A stretch of DNA of 64,000 bases from a virus (IMGVR_UViG_3300037722_000240:13678-77677), one strand, 5' to 3'; positions 49,053-59,152 are shown, counted from the stretch's first letter. Program-made: numbers and translations. Notes: generated by a model not told the origin, from the letters alone.

Positions 49053-49278
49053 AGACATACCTAGTGTTATATTACAGGGGCATGGACTAAAAGAATTAGT
49101 TAATATTTTAGATGCTGATTCTTTGAACACTAAAGAGTTACTCGTTGATACTTTTAGATTTGTAATTAATTATTATGTTGGTACAGGTGTTGTATTAGAA
49201 AAGGATGATTACCTTATACGCCTGTTTATGCATTTATTATACCACTATGGAAAAGAGGAGGGCTGGCTAAATGAGTAA
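49018..49278 (+). CDS. hypothetical protein
   Basis: AAGGAGG RBS; exact start uncertain. Confidence 0.65.
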   Translation: MPMTTVMLKKDKDIPSVILQGHGLKELVNILDADSLNTKELLVDTFRFVINYYVGTGVVLEKDDYLIRLFMHLLYHYGKEEGWLNE

Positions 49279-49588
49279 AGAGGATGCGGTAGGCGGGGTT
49301 CTTAACAGAACTAGCGCAATTAGTAGAACATATTCTTTAGGGGATTTCAAAAATATAAAGGTATTTGATAATATTGTTAATATTCCAGAGGATTTGGCAT
49401 TAGACCCTATAGCTATAGAAAGTATTCAATTACATCAGCTTATTACTATAGAAATTGCTTATAGAAATTATTTAACATTGATTAAAGAAATTCCTTATGA
49501 TATGGATAGTGATGAAGCACTTCAGGCCTTAGATGATATGCAGAAGGCCACTATAAATACGCTAAATGAGCGACTAAATAGGAGATAA
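49271..49588 (+). CDS. hypothetical protein
   Basis: 105 aa; overlaps previous stop. Confidence 0.7.
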   Translation: MSKEDAVGGVLNRTSAISRTYSLGDFKNIKVFDNIVNIPEDLALDPIAIESIQLHQLITIEIAYRNYLTLIKEIPYDMDSDEALQALDDMQKATINTLNERLNRR

Positions 49589-49590
49589 CC

Positions 49591-50418
49591 ATGAGCGCGT
49601 TTGCAGATATTCCAGAAAGCCAGAATGGAGAGGGCGGTGGGGGTTCGGAGTTTAGACAGATTTTTTATACCAAGATTATTCCCGGTGTAAATTCTCGTAT
49701 AAGGATTTTAGATAGTAAGGCGGTTCATTTTCAGAAGTATTTTATTCCGAGCCAGAGAATTAGTATTATTGCTCCAGAAGATGAGGAACAAGACCCTATT
49801 TGGCAAAATAACGGTAGATTATTGAAAGAAAATCCTAATAGTAAGCCTAATGAGATTAAGGGTTTTATTCCTAGACAAAATCGTTATGTTGTGAATGTAC
49901 TTAATAGAACATTAGTCAAAAGAACTCCTGCGGGAAACATTGTATTTCCGGGTGTTTCGGGCTTTCCTACACACGACCCAGAAACAGGAGAATTAATTGC
50001 AAATATTGAACCTACTCCTCTAAATAGAGTAGAAATTCTAGAAAGAGGTCCGACACTGTTTTCTCAGCTTAATCAAATTAATCAGCAAGTTTGTGATGAT
50101 GCTGGAAATCCGTTAGGACTTACTACATTTGATATTGTAATTTCTGCTACAGGGCAGGGCCGTAAGATGGTTACGAATGTTATTCCATATGCAAATCATA
50201 ATGATGTTGTAGAGATATCACAAGAAGAATTGTATGATATTGAAAATGAAGTAGGAATTAGATTACAGCACGATGAGATTGTAAAGGTTCTCAATGGTGT
50301 ATCTTTGAAAGATATCTTTGCCGCTAGACGTGGCGATGATATTGCCAGTGAGGCCATTGCTAATGAAGGTATTGTAGACAATTTTGATGATAGTATTTCT
50401 AAACTGTTCGGAAGCTAA
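49591..50418 (+). CDS. single-stranded DNA-binding protein (gp32-like)
   Basis: RIRIL, RYVVNVLNR, DIVISATGQG pattern and acidic tail ending in F. Confidence 0.65.
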   Translation: MSAFADIPESQNGEGGGGSEFRQIFYTKIIPGVNSRIRILDSKAVHFQKYFIPSQRISIIAPEDEEQDPIWQNNGRLLKENPNSKPNEIKGFIPRQNRYVVNVLNRTLVKRTPAGNIVFPGVSGFPTHDPETGELIANIEPTPLNRVEILERGPTLFSQLNQINQQVCDDAGNPLGLTTFDIVISATGQGRKMVTNVIPYANHNDVVEISQEELYDIENEVGIRLQHDEIVKVLNGVSLKDIFAARRGDDIASEAIANEGIVDNFDDSISKLFGS

Positions 50419-50430
50419 ATATTAGGCTAA

Positions 50431-50459
50431 AGGAGGGGGGTACATGTACCCCCCCTCCT
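50431..50459. terminator. near-perfect palindromic hairpin after the SSB gene
   Basis: AGGAGGGGGGTACATGTACCCCCCCTCCT. Confidence 0.55.
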
Positions 50460-50477
50460 CTCTAGGAGATATATACT

Positions 50478-50678
50478 ATGAAATTACACTATGTAAACGG
50501 TGATGATTGGGTAGGACTTTATGTAGATGGTGTATTAAAGAAACAAGGGCATTCTCTTGATGTTAGAGATATTATTGAAGCACTGAACTTGGAGTATGAA
50601 ACCCTATTTCCTGATGCAGAGTGGCTTTTTGAGGTTGGTTATTTACCTGAATCTATTGATGATGTAGTGGAGGAATAA
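50478..50678 (+). CDS. hypothetical protein
   Basis: AGGAG RBS; DDWVGLYVDG. Confidence 0.7.
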   Translation: MKLHYVNGDDWVGLYVDGVLKKQGHSLDVRDIIEALNLEYETLFPDAEWLFEVGYLPESIDDVVEE

Positions 50679-52001
50679 GTGGAGCCCGAAATTTTTCAAA
50701 CACAAATAGAATATGAATTTCTTAGAACACTTATTATGAACGGCGATTTGATTTATGAAATAAAATCCGAAATTGCTCCAGACATGCTAAGCTCTAATGC
50801 ACACCAGTATATCTATAGAGCCCTAGAATCCTTAGCAGATAGAAATGTAGGTATCAGTAGAGAGATTTTATTAGGTGAATTGAATGATAAGAAGTGGTTA
50901 GAGAAAGCAGGAACAGCGTCGTATTTGGATGATGTAATTCTAAGCGGTAGACCTAATGTAAAGGGTCTAAAAGAGCACGTAAGAAAAATTCAAAGTAATT
51001 ATAAGAAACGGGCTTTATTAGAAATTAATAGTAAAATTCCCGGTCTTGTTGATGGTAATGAAAATGTTGATGCTGTAATTAGTAAAGTTAACAGGGATTT
51101 AGACGAACTAGTAGCATCAGCGGGTATTAGTAAGAAAACCGTACTAGTAGCGGAAGTTATTGACGGTATAGTAGACGACATTAAAAGAAGAAAAGAAAAC
51201 CCCGCTTTACCCGGTATATCATCTGGTTTTGGTAATATTGATATGTATACAGCAGGGCTTATGCCCGGTGATATTTGGTATATAGCCGCTAGGCCTTCTA
51301 TGGGTAAAACTACGTGGGTATTAAAAGCTCTTTTGAATATAGCTATGCAAGGAATACCCTGCTTATTATTTAGCCAAGAAATGAGTCAAAGAGCCTTGAA
51401 TGAAAGACTCATTTCTATGATAGCAGAAGTTGACCATCAGAAGATTAGATTAGGAAGGATTAGTGATGATGATTTTTCTAAGATTGAGGAAGCTAAAGAA
51501 TTACTGAAAACAATTCCTCTCTACATAGATAGTTCATTTTTTATTACAGTAGATGAAATAGTGGCAATTATCAGAAAACATCATCAACTATATGGAATCA
51601 AAGTAGTAGGAATAGATTATATTCAATTGATTGTAGACAGGGGCGGGGACGCTACAGCCGAGTTAGGTAGGGCTTCAAGACTTCTGAAACTGATTTCTAA
51701 TGAGCTGTCTATTACTACTGTTATTATTTCACAGTTAAATCGTGACGTTGAAAAGAGAGATAACAAACGTCCTTTGATGTCTGATATGAGACAGAGTGGT
51801 AACTTGGAAGAGGATGCTGACATCATGGCCGCGTTATATAGGGATGAGGTATATGTAGAAAATTCTCCCGATGCTGGCAAAATGGAGTTTATTATTCGTA
51901 AAGCACGAAATGGACCTATAGGAACTATTATTCTAAACTTTAATAAAGAAACTGTTAATCTTTATGACGCAGTTATGTATGATTGGATGAGAAATGATTA
52001 A
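50679..52001 (+). CDS. dnaB: replicative DNA helicase
   Basis: AARPSMGKT, GIDYIQL, SQLNR, SDMRQSGNLEEDAD, KARNGP. Confidence 0.95.
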   Translation: MEPEIFQTQIEYEFLRTLIMNGDLIYEIKSEIAPDMLSSNAHQYIYRALESLADRNVGISREILLGELNDKKWLEKAGTASYLDDVILSGRPNVKGLKEHVRKIQSNYKKRALLEINSKIPGLVDGNENVDAVISKVNRDLDELVASAGISKKTVLVAEVIDGIVDDIKRRKENPALPGISSGFGNIDMYTAGLMPGDIWYIAARPSMGKTTWVLKALLNIAMQGIPCLLFSQEMSQRALNERLISMIAEVDHQKIRLGRISDDDFSKIEEAKELLKTIPLYIDSSFFITVDEIVAIIRKHHQLYGIKVVGIDYIQLIVDRGGDATAELGRASRLLKLISNELSITTVIISQLNRDVEKRDNKRPLMSDMRQSGNLEEDADIMAALYRDEVYVENSPDAGKMEFIIRKARNGPIGTIILNFNKETVNLYDAVMYDWMRND

Positions 52002-52428
52002 TCAAAAAAGAAAAGGCAACCAGTGGGAAAGGGATGCCGCTAAAGAATTGAATAAAAACTTTCCCGATGTTTGGAAACGTATTGCCATGTCAGGCGCTAT
52101 GGGCACCCATATGGATGTTCCTCTGTTGAAGGCTGATGTGGTAGGAAAGTACCCCTTCATTGAAAAGCAGTTTGTAGGGGAGTGTAAAGTAGGCTATGGT
52201 GGTAAACAAATGACTATACGAAAAGACTGGTTTGACCATATAGCTGATATAGCAAAAGAATCGTATTCCTATCCTTTAGTTATATTAAAATTTGATTATG
52301 CTAGAGCGGGAGTTAGACATGTTGTATGCATGGATTTTGAAGTATGGGATAGTTTATTAACGGAGATAGAGGAGCTAAGAACATCGTTAAGGCTTTCTCT
52401 AGAGGAATTAAATGGAGAAACAGGATAA
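51994..52428 (+). CDS. Holliday junction resolvase (PD-(D/E)XK)
   Basis: KRKGNQWERDA, SGA, ADVV, ECK. Confidence 0.8.
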   Translation: MINQKRKGNQWERDAAKELNKNFPDVWKRIAMSGAMGTHMDVPLLKADVVGKYPFIEKQFVGECKVGYGGKQMTIRKDWFDHIADIAKESYSYPLVILKFDYARAGVRHVVCMDFEVWDSLLTEIEELRTSLRLSLEELNGETG

Positions 52429-52864
52429 GCACTTTTCTGACCTTATGCTAGAAGAGTTTAAGAGGATTAGAGAGAATGACCCTGATTCATCTATTGATGT
52501 ATGGGATGTATTTATCTCTCTAGTTGGCAAAGAAAAAAATCATCTATTAGTTATGAAAGCCGATTTGCCAATTTTAGAATCTTTAGTGCAGGGTAATTCT
52601 ATAATAAAAACATCTAGAAATTTGGGCATACCTAGCAAGGCTGTTAGAATAGTGTCCGCTCTGTGGGGAATAGAACCTTTGGAGTTAACCCTTGACTTTA
52701 ACCCACTATTGGTGTATAATAGGGGTATGTCAGATGTGGAAATGAGAGAAAAGTTGAAGGACATTATTTTTGAGGATTTAAGTCTAGAAGTTTATAAAAC
52801 TATTATAGATAATATAGAAACTTACTTATCAATAGTTGACTACATAGAGGAGTTTGATAAATGA
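52412..52864 (+). CDS. hypothetical protein (possible HTH)
   Basis: 150 aa in operon. Confidence 0.7.
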   Translation: MEKQDKHFSDLMLEEFKRIRENDPDSSIDVWDVFISLVGKEKNHLLVMKADLPILESLVQGNSIIKTSRNLGIPSKAVRIVSALWGIEPLELTLDFNPLLVYNRGMSDVEMREKLKDIIFEDLSLEVYKTIIDNIETYLSIVDYIEEFDK

Positions 52865-53085
52865 GACTAGCAGAGTGGTTGATGACATTTTTAGCAGTTG
52901 GTTTTATTTTTTACATTTTAACATTTGGCGCTATACTCTTTCGGGCCGAGGCGGAGTGTTATAGATACGGTTATGTGGATGCACATGTGCCTTTTACATT
53001 AACTGCTTACTGTTCTCGCGAAGAAAACGAATATGAGATTATAAAACCTTTATCTGAAATTTATGAAGAACAGGCTGTAGAATAA
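52861..53085 (+). CDS. small membrane protein
   Basis: N-terminal TM helix. Confidence 0.65.
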   Translation: MRLAEWLMTFLAVGFIFYILTFGAILFRAEAECYRYGYVDAHVPFTLTAYCSREENEYEIIKPLSEIYEEQAVE

Positions 53086-53127
53086 TGTTACATAGTAGAG
53101 ACATAAAATACAGGCAGGAGGCCAACG

Positions 53128-53331
53128 ATGACAGCGATTGAGCAGGGCCAAGCTATGCTGGACGAATATACGACGACTGGCGTCTTTGAATTCAAGCTGG
53201 ATGAGGCAGAGTTGATGACAGCCGTCAAGCTGTGTAACGCCCTCGCCGCCCTAGTCGAGGAAGCGAAGGCCATGCAAGCGGAGATTGGGCGTTGGCAGAA
53301 ATGGGCCGACCTTCCACACTGGGCACGATGA
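53128..53331 (+). CDS. hypothetical protein (GC-rich cassette)
   Basis: AGGAGG RBS. Confidence 0.65.
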   Translation: MTAIEQGQAMLDEYTTTGVFEFKLDEAELMTAVKLCNALAALVEEAKAMQAEIGRWQKWADLPHWAR

Positions 53332-53645
53332 CCGCGGCGATTGAGTTTGCCCGAAGGTTCCACGATGCCTACGAAATGATGGCACCTGTATTCGGCTATG
53401 AAACACGGGAGCAAACTCGCCACTTTGACCCCGAAAGCCCCAACGGAAAGCTCATGGTTGCGGTGATAGAGAAACTCGTTATGCCCTTGGTCGAGGAAGC
53501 GAAACTAAGTAAGACATATTTGGAACATGTAATCAAGATACTAAAGTCGGACCAATATGAGGAGATAATTTTGCCACAAATAGAGGAGTATCTTTTACGC
53601 GCCGGCTTGATGTCTGAGGATGATAAGGAGGCCGCTGATGGCTGA
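53328..53645 (+). CDS. hypothetical protein (GC-rich cassette)
   Basis: ATGA overlap; RFHDAYE..AP.FGYETR motif. Confidence 0.65.
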   Translation: MTAAIEFARRFHDAYEMMAPVFGYETREQTRHFDPESPNGKLMVAVIEKLVMPLVEEAKLSKTYLEHVIKILKSDQYEEIILPQIEEYLLRAGLMSEDDKEAADG

Positions 53646-53973
53646 GACGTTATTCGCCCGTATCAAGAGGTTGGCGCGGGTTATTACACCGATACCGTGG
53701 TCACATTCGGGGGCAGGTAACGTCTATTTCGTAGACGCAGAAAATGACGCCCATATTGGGTTTACCATGCTCTCGTTAGATGATGCTCGATTCGTGGCGG
53801 AGTACCGCAACGCCCTGCCGCACATGATGGCCGTGGTCGAGGCGGCGAAGCGGGTGAGTGATAGCGCAGAGCCGGACGGTGCTGTGATGGAGGCCGCTGT
53901 TGTCCCAGAGGATGCTATGGAGGCGATGGAGGCCGCCCTCGCCCCGCTGTTCGAGGAGGCCAACGATGATTAA
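53638..53973 (+). CDS. Ead/Ea22-like small protein
   Basis: TPIPW...DARFVAEYRNALP pattern; AGGAGG RBS. Confidence 0.5.
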   Translation: MAETLFARIKRLARVITPIPWSHSGAGNVYFVDAENDAHIGFTMLSLDDARFVAEYRNALPHMMAVVEAAKRVSDSAEPDGAVMEAAVVPEDAMEAMEAALAPLFEEANDD

Positions 53974-54214
53974 CGTTCACTGCAAGGACAGCCCTACGGG
54001 GAGGCACCGAATGGACGTTCTGACCATAGGACTTGAATGTGTCCATTGTGGATGGGTGCCTAAAAGAGCCGCGCTGCTTAGCCTTGTGAACAGCGCCATG
54101 ATGCTGACGGCTGATGAGGCCGAGCATATAGCTGTCACAATGGGCGAAAGGGGTTGGCGATGGACGCTCACGCAACTGCTCCGTAAGTACGCCCGCCAAT
54201 GGCGAGGAGAGTGA
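53966..54214 (+). CDS. hypothetical protein with Cys/His motif
   Basis: AGGAGG RBS; CKDSPTGRH...CVHC. Confidence 0.6.
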   Translation: MINVHCKDSPTGRHRMDVLTIGLECVHCGWVPKRAALLSLVNSAMMLTADEAEHIAVTMGERGWRWTLTQLLRKYARQWRGE

Positions 54215-54217
54215 ATA

Positions 54218-54472
54218 GTGAATATGGAAATTCTGAGAGAAACCCGTATAATACCACCAATCACTATAGAACCAGGAGATACAATTCAGGTAGAGTACAA
54301 TAATACTATGTTCTTTAATATGTTTAAGAAGAAGCTAGTTATTGTGGATTATATGCTTGAAGAGCAGGATGGTACATGTATAGTCAATTTCGCTGGTATT
54401 TTCAAAATCCCTACAGGTGGATATGGTGGTTATTTTTCTACTGATTCCCAACTTGATGGGGAGGAGAGTTAG
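54218..54472 (+). CDS. hypothetical protein
   Basis: 84 aa; AT-rich. Confidence 0.6.
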   Translation: MNMEILRETRIIPPITIEPGDTIQVEYNNTMFFNMFKKKLVIVDYMLEEQDGTCIVNFAGIFKIPTGGYGGYFSTDSQLDGEES

Positions 54473-54819
54473 TGATGTTAAAAGATTTGTTTGATGGGGT
54501 TACGGAAGGGCCGTTACACCCCGTGCTTGGTTCGGGCAACCATCTTATGACGGCGCTGATGAACGACGACGGCGTGCTGTTTGCCGACTTCTTACCGGAC
54601 TGGGCGCTGTACGATGGAGAGAAGTACGCACCGGAGGACCACCGTCCTAACATGCGCTTTGTGGAGGTCGCCCACCGCCTGTGGCCTATGCTGGCCGACT
54701 TGCAGAAGGCGGCTACCGATTGGGGGCAACTGGACAGTATTGCACATCAGCAAGCGTTTTGGTCCGCCCTAATTACGTTGAATGCCGCCATCGAGGAGAG
54801 TGAGAAATGCCTGATGTAA
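54472..54819 (+). CDS. Ead/Ea22-like small protein
   Basis: TEGP...NMRFVEVA pattern; GC-rich. Confidence 0.45.
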   Translation: MMLKDLFDGVTEGPLHPVLGSGNHLMTALMNDDGVLFADFLPDWALYDGEKYAPEDHRPNMRFVEVAHRLWPMLADLQKAATDWGQLDSIAHQQAFWSALITLNAAIEESEKCLM

Positions 54820-55184
54820 AACTGCCCGACTTTGACGACCTTATAGAGTTGGCAAAGGAAATAGGAAGAATCAAAACGGATTTGGAAATGGATAAGAACA
54901 GGCTAGATAGATGGTTGGCTGAAATTACAGACGTAGTATCTAGTAATAACATATACTTTATTAATGATAAGCCCCCTAGTATGGCATATATAATAGCTAA
55001 TTACCATAGCGTTGGTTATGATGATGGAACAAAAGAACAGTTAGAAAGTTTAAGAGATAATATAGCTACCAATGCGGGCCTTTTGCGAGAGAAGGAAATT
55101 ATAATGGACATTTATAGGGATATGATTGATGTTTGGAGAACGCAAAGCGCCAACGAGCGAAACGCTATGTTTGAGGGAGCGTAA
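54807..55184 (+). CDS. coiled-coil hypothetical protein
   Basis: 125 aa; WRTQSANER C-terminus. Confidence 0.7.
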   Translation: MPDVKLPDFDDLIELAKEIGRIKTDLEMDKNRLDRWLAEITDVVSSNNIYFINDKPPSMAYIIANYHSVGYDDGTKEQLESLRDNIATNAGLLREKEIIMDIYRDMIDVWRTQSANERNAMFEGA

Positions 55185-55927
55185 TGGCAGAAATTAAGCT
55201 TAGTGCTAGTTCTTTGAAAGACTATCTAGAATGTCCTAGACGTTTTTGGTATAGAGTTAATAGAGCATCAGAGGCAGAAACTAATGATGATATGCTATTT
55301 GGTAGTTTAGTTCATTCAGCTATTGAACGTTATAGTAATAAAGATGAGGCTACAGCATTTTTCTGGAGAAAGTGGAAAGAGATTAAAGATAATTCATTTC
55401 TTCCAGATGATATTAAAAAGACTCCTAAAAGTGTTAATAAAATAATGGATGGATATTACGATAAAATTTTACCAAAATTATCTTCTAATCCCGATGTTGT
55501 AAAAGAGTTATTCTTTAAAGCTCCTTTTGATAATATCGGTAAAGATAAAATTGTATTGATAGGAAAGATAGACCGTATAGACAGTGGTATGATATACGAT
55601 TGGAAAACATCTTATAATAGGCCTACTGAATATACTATACAGGATATTCAATTTTATATGTATGATTTAGCATATAATATACTGAATAATACACCGCCTA
55701 TAGGCATTTTTTATGGTCATTTATACACCGGAACGCTATATCCTGTAGAATTAAAGGATAGTTTAAGAGAAAATTTAAGAGAATTAATACTTAAAGTGGC
55801 AGATGAGATAAGAAGTGTAGACCGATATCCTGCGATTACAGGGTATCAATGTAACAGGTGCCTATTCAAGAATATATGTTTTAGAGAGTTGGATAAAAAT
55901 GAGTTGGGTGGTCAGCCAGTACATTAG
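55184..55927 (+). CDS. PD-(D/E)XK RecB/Cas4-like exonuclease
   Basis: SASSLKDYLECPRRF, GKIDRID, YDWKT, QFYMY, CNRC...C. Confidence 0.9.
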   Translation: MAEIKLSASSLKDYLECPRRFWYRVNRASEAETNDDMLFGSLVHSAIERYSNKDEATAFFWRKWKEIKDNSFLPDDIKKTPKSVNKIMDGYYDKILPKLSSNPDVVKELFFKAPFDNIGKDKIVLIGKIDRIDSGMIYDWKTSYNRPTEYTIQDIQFYMYDLAYNILNNTPPIGIFYGHLYTGTLYPVELKDSLRENLRELILKVADEIRSVDRYPAITGYQCNRCLFKNICFRELDKNELGGQPVH

Positions 55928-56291
55928 AGATATGGCCTTCTTAAAAGAGATTACTGATATAAACAGCGATGTTTATAATAATGCTCTTCTAGTTGAACAA
56001 GTTGTAGACAAGCTTGTTAAAGAAAACCTTATAACAGAGTTTGAAAGGGAGGTTTTGTGGGCTATAGGCGCTGGATACTCTTATTCAGAAGCCGCTAGAA
56101 TTTTAGGGTCCCATAGATTAACTATTTCTGATACCTTTAATAGACTTACAGATAGGATAGCGTTTATTCTTGGTGGCGATTTTACCGATTCTGGATTTTT
56201 AGAAAGAGTACAGACTATGGGAAGTCTCTACGATACAGATATGGAACAGATGTTTAAAAGAGGTCCAATGAAGGTAGATACAGATGGCTAA
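55899..56291 (+). CDS. sigma70 region 4-like HTH protein
   Basis: GYSYSEAARILG...ISD. Confidence 0.6.
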   Translation: MSWVVSQYIRDMAFLKEITDINSDVYNNALLVEQVVDKLVKENLITEFEREVLWAIGAGYSYSEAARILGSHRLTISDTFNRLTDRIAFILGGDFTDSGFLERVQTMGSLYDTDMEQMFKRGPMKVDTDG

Positions 56292-56469
56292 AAGAAGGGG
56301 ACATCTGTGCTATAATTGTGGAGAAAAGTTAGAAAAGGGTGAAATAGGAGTTTGTACCTTTTGTTTAGATAGTAAAACAGGTACCTCTAACGCTACAGAA
56401 TCTCGACACGCTAGTGCTGAAAGGATTCTTAATGGGAGACGCAAACATAATGAACAAGACAGAGATTAG
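56284..56469 (+). CDS. small Zn-finger protein
   Basis: CYNC...CTFC. Confidence 0.55.
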   Translation: MAKRRGHLCYNCGEKLEKGEIGVCTFCLDSKTGTSNATESRHASAERILNGRRKHNEQDRD

Positions 56470-57091
56470 ATGTATTCATAGGCATACTATTGAATCACAT
56501 CCTAATTGCTTCAAAAGAGGCTTGATTAAGCGGAGCGACTGGTGGCACGATAAGAGGATAGGATATTTGGATATTGAGGCTAGTAATCTCGACGCTAATT
56601 GGGGATTTATGTTATCGTGGTGTATAAAACCAAGAGGCGAAAAAGCAATCTATGAAGATGTTGTATCACAAAAAGACCTTATAGATTTTACATTTGATAA
56701 AAGAATAACTGAAAGTCTAGTAGAAGCTATGAAACAATTTGATATTTTAGTTACATACTATGGAACCGGTTTTGATATTCCTTTTATTAGAACTAGAGCA
56801 TTATTCAATAAGACTTCTTTTCCAGAGTTTGGTTCTATTTACCACTGGGACCTGTATTACAAAGTTAGAGGTAAATTTAAATTACATCGTAATAGTTTGG
56901 AAGTTGTTACTAGATTTTTTGGTATTGAGGGTAAGACACATCTAAGTCCTGAAATGATGATGAAGGCTAGGTATGGGGATTCCAAGGCTTTGAAGTGGTT
57001 ACTGCATCATAATAGGGAAGATGTTATAATTACAGAGGAGTTACATAATCTACTATGGGAGCACAGCAAATGGATAAAAAAGAGCATATAA
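56450..57091 (+). CDS. RNase H-like 3'-5' exonuclease (YprB/RNase_H_2 type)
   Basis: LDIE, TYYGTGFDIPFI, HWDLY, HNREDV. Confidence 0.85.
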   Translation: MNKTEIRCIHRHTIESHPNCFKRGLIKRSDWWHDKRIGYLDIEASNLDANWGFMLSWCIKPRGEKAIYEDVVSQKDLIDFTFDKRITESLVEAMKQFDILVTYYGTGFDIPFIRTRALFNKTSFPEFGSIYHWDLYYKVRGKFKLHRNSLEVVTRFFGIEGKTHLSPEMMMKARYGDSKALKWLLHHNREDVIITEELHNLLWEHSKWIKKSI

Positions 57092-57444
57092 AGGGAAGTA
57101 TTACAGAAGATGTAGGTGTAAAATCAGAAGCCACACCTTTAGGTAATATTTTTGAAAAGATTACTGGTTGGAGTATGAGTGTTGGCGTAGTTACTTATAC
57201 AGAAGATGATAAAAATTGGGAATGTAGAACGGCCATTACAATTGGTATTACTGATAATGTAAAAGATGAAAAGTGGGTTACTGCATCGTTGCCGGTCAAG
57301 TCTTTGGACACAAATCCAGAAGATGCTATTGCTACAGCATTGATAGCCATTTCTAATTTTGTTAGTGATGATAATGTATATAAAGCTCTTTTAGAACAAT
57401 TAGAGAGCAGGGCCGAGGTTTCAGAAGAACCATCAGAGGTATAA
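57070..57444 (+). CDS. hypothetical protein
   Basis: GGGAG RBS. Confidence 0.65.
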   Translation: MDKKEHIKGSITEDVGVKSEATPLGNIFEKITGWSMSVGVVTYTEDDKNWECRTAITIGITDNVKDEKWVTASLPVKSLDTNPEDAIATALIAISNFVSDDNVYKALLEQLESRAEVSEEPSEV

Positions 57445-57445
57445 C

Positions 57446-57655
57446 ATGGAAGAAAGACTTACTATTCTTCTTCTGGCAGGAACGGATACCATTGTTATTA
57501 GAAAACAAGATAAATCTAGTGTATTTATTACTACACCGGATTCTATTATAATTAGTCGTGATAGCCTTATACTTCTATTAAACTTTTTGATGAAGCGTAA
57601 TATACTTGATATAAAGGTTATAGAGGGTCTGCTTGAAGAGGCTCATACTGGCTAG
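57446..57655 (+). CDS. hypothetical protein
   Basis: GAGG RBS. Confidence 0.65.
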   Translation: MEERLTILLLAGTDTIVIRKQDKSSVFITTPDSIIISRDSLILLLNFLMKRNILDIKVIEGLLEEAHTG

Positions 57656-57663
57656 GAGGAAAT

Positions 57664-57921
57664 ATGCCAAATTTAAACAGAGAGGCTCTTATTGCCAAAT
57701 TACAAGGTAGAGGTTTTAGCATTGAGGATGTAAATGGTAGTGGAGCTAATGGTTATGTTAAAAATTCTGATATTGTAGATTTACTAAATAGTCTGGATAA
57801 GAATCACTCCAGCATGGCGATAGCGTCTTTTGAGTCTCGTGGGGAGATAGTAGTAATGCCTGAGAAAAGCGAAGATGCAGAATCCATGTCCGACCATCCC
57901 GCTAAAGGACTTCGTATATAA
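57664..57921 (+). CDS. hypothetical protein
   Basis: AGGAGG RBS. Confidence 0.65.
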   Translation: MPNLNREALIAKLQGRGFSIEDVNGSGANGYVKNSDIVDLLNSLDKNHSSMAIASFESRGEIVVMPEKSEDAESMSDHPAKGLRI

Positions 57922-58454
57922 TGGTAATAATAGTAGGAGGTAGGGCGGGGGAGGGTAAGACAACATTTTGTAATTATTGTATAGAAGCTCTAACCCTTGC
58001 TGGCCTTAGTGGAGGCATCGTTCCTTTCGCTAGAGGAGTTAAGGAAACAGCTAAATTTATGGGGTGGAATGGTGAAAAAGATGAAAAAGGTCGAAGGCTT
58101 TTACAGCTTGTAGGCTTTGCTGGAAGAGAGTATGATATTAATACTTGGGCTCAAAAGGCATTTGATACCATCAATGAGGAGGAATTAGAAACTGATTTTG
58201 TATTTGTTGATGATTGGAGGTTTCCAAATGAAAAGATATTTATGTCAAATAAGTTTGACCCTATATTATCTGTCAGAATTAGAAGGCCCAAAGAGTACCA
58301 TGCTCTTATAGATACACCCCTCTATAACGATATTAGTGAAACATCTTTATCTGAGGATAATGATTATTATGATTTCGTTGTAGAAAATGATACCGATTTA
58401 GACTATCTAAAAAATATAGCTAGTAAATTCGTAGAAACTCTTGTTAGGAGATAA
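57921..58454 (+). CDS. deoxynucleoside monophosphate kinase
   Basis: GRAGEGKTT, GRRLLQ.VG, VDDWRFPNE, HISE. Confidence 0.85.
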   Translation: MVIIVGGRAGEGKTTFCNYCIEALTLAGLSGGIVPFARGVKETAKFMGWNGEKDEKGRRLLQLVGFAGREYDINTWAQKAFDTINEEELETDFVFVDDWRFPNEKIFMSNKFDPILSVRIRRPKEYHALIDTPLYNDISETSLSEDNDYYDFVVENDTDLDYLKNIASKFVETLVRR

Positions 58455-58456
58455 AA

Positions 58457-58768
58457 ATGTCAAACGTAACGATTGAAGCACTTATGCTATTTGCTGTTTC
58501 TGGTGTACTATGGTCACTAGTATTAGAGTATTTTCCAGGCCTTCACTCTTGGTTCAATGCTCTGGCCGACAACTATCAAAAAGTAGTGATTTTGCTTTCT
58601 GGTCTAGTTGTAGTTCTAGGAGCCTTTGGCCTAAATTGTGTAGGCTTCTTAGTATCAGTTGAAGGTTTAGTATGCACTACGGGTGCCGCATTCGACCTGT
58701 TATCAGCCTATCTAGTGTTCGTTGGTACGTCTCAGGTTACATACCTAGTTACACCTAAGGCCAGTTAA
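58457..58768 (+). CDS. three-TM membrane protein (holin-like)
   Basis: three hydrophobic segments. Confidence 0.6.
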   Translation: MSNVTIEALMLFAVSGVLWSLVLEYFPGLHSWFNALADNYQKVVILLSGLVVVLGAFGLNCVGFLVSVEGLVCTTGAAFDLLSAYLVFVGTSQVTYLVTPKAS

Positions 58769-59001
58769 TGAAACAGCCTTTGAGAGAGATTACTGATTAT
58801 GGATTAATTTCTTTCATTAAAGAACGATTAACAAAAAGAGCTAAGAATTATTATGGGATTAAAATTCCTCTTATAAAGAATAGAGGTAAAGTATTAATTG
58901 ACAACTCCAGATACGCCGAGCTTGTTAATCTATATTTTCGATTTAGAGCAATGAAAAATCCAGAATCTTACGGCAAATTCGATATAGAATTTAGCAGTTA
59001 A
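58768..59001 (+). CDS. basic hypothetical protein
   Basis: 77 aa. Confidence 0.55.
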   Translation: MKQPLREITDYGLISFIKERLTKRAKNYYGIKIPLIKNRGKVLIDNSRYAELVNLYFRFRAMKNPESYGKFDIEFSS

Positions 59002-59051
59002 TACTGGTATTATGTTATAATCAGGGGCAAGGAAAATCACTTTTTGCCCTC

Positions 59052-59080
59052 TTGACAAATCAATACAAGTATGCTATAAT
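59052..59080 (+). promoter_or_regulatory. consensus sigma70 promoter for the tRNA cluster
   Basis: TTGACA-17bp-TGCTATAAT; 13-bp perfect leader stem 59088-59100/59135-59147. Confidence 0.85.
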
Positions 59081-59152
59081 GTGTACAAGTGGGGAGCAAA
59101 TTGCTGAGAGAAGGAAGAAGGCGCTATAGAAGCGTTTGCTCCCCACTAGCAT

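Noticed and set aside
37650-52001. Inteins or introns in terL, polA, recA or dnaB
   Set aside because: All have normal lengths and contiguous motifs
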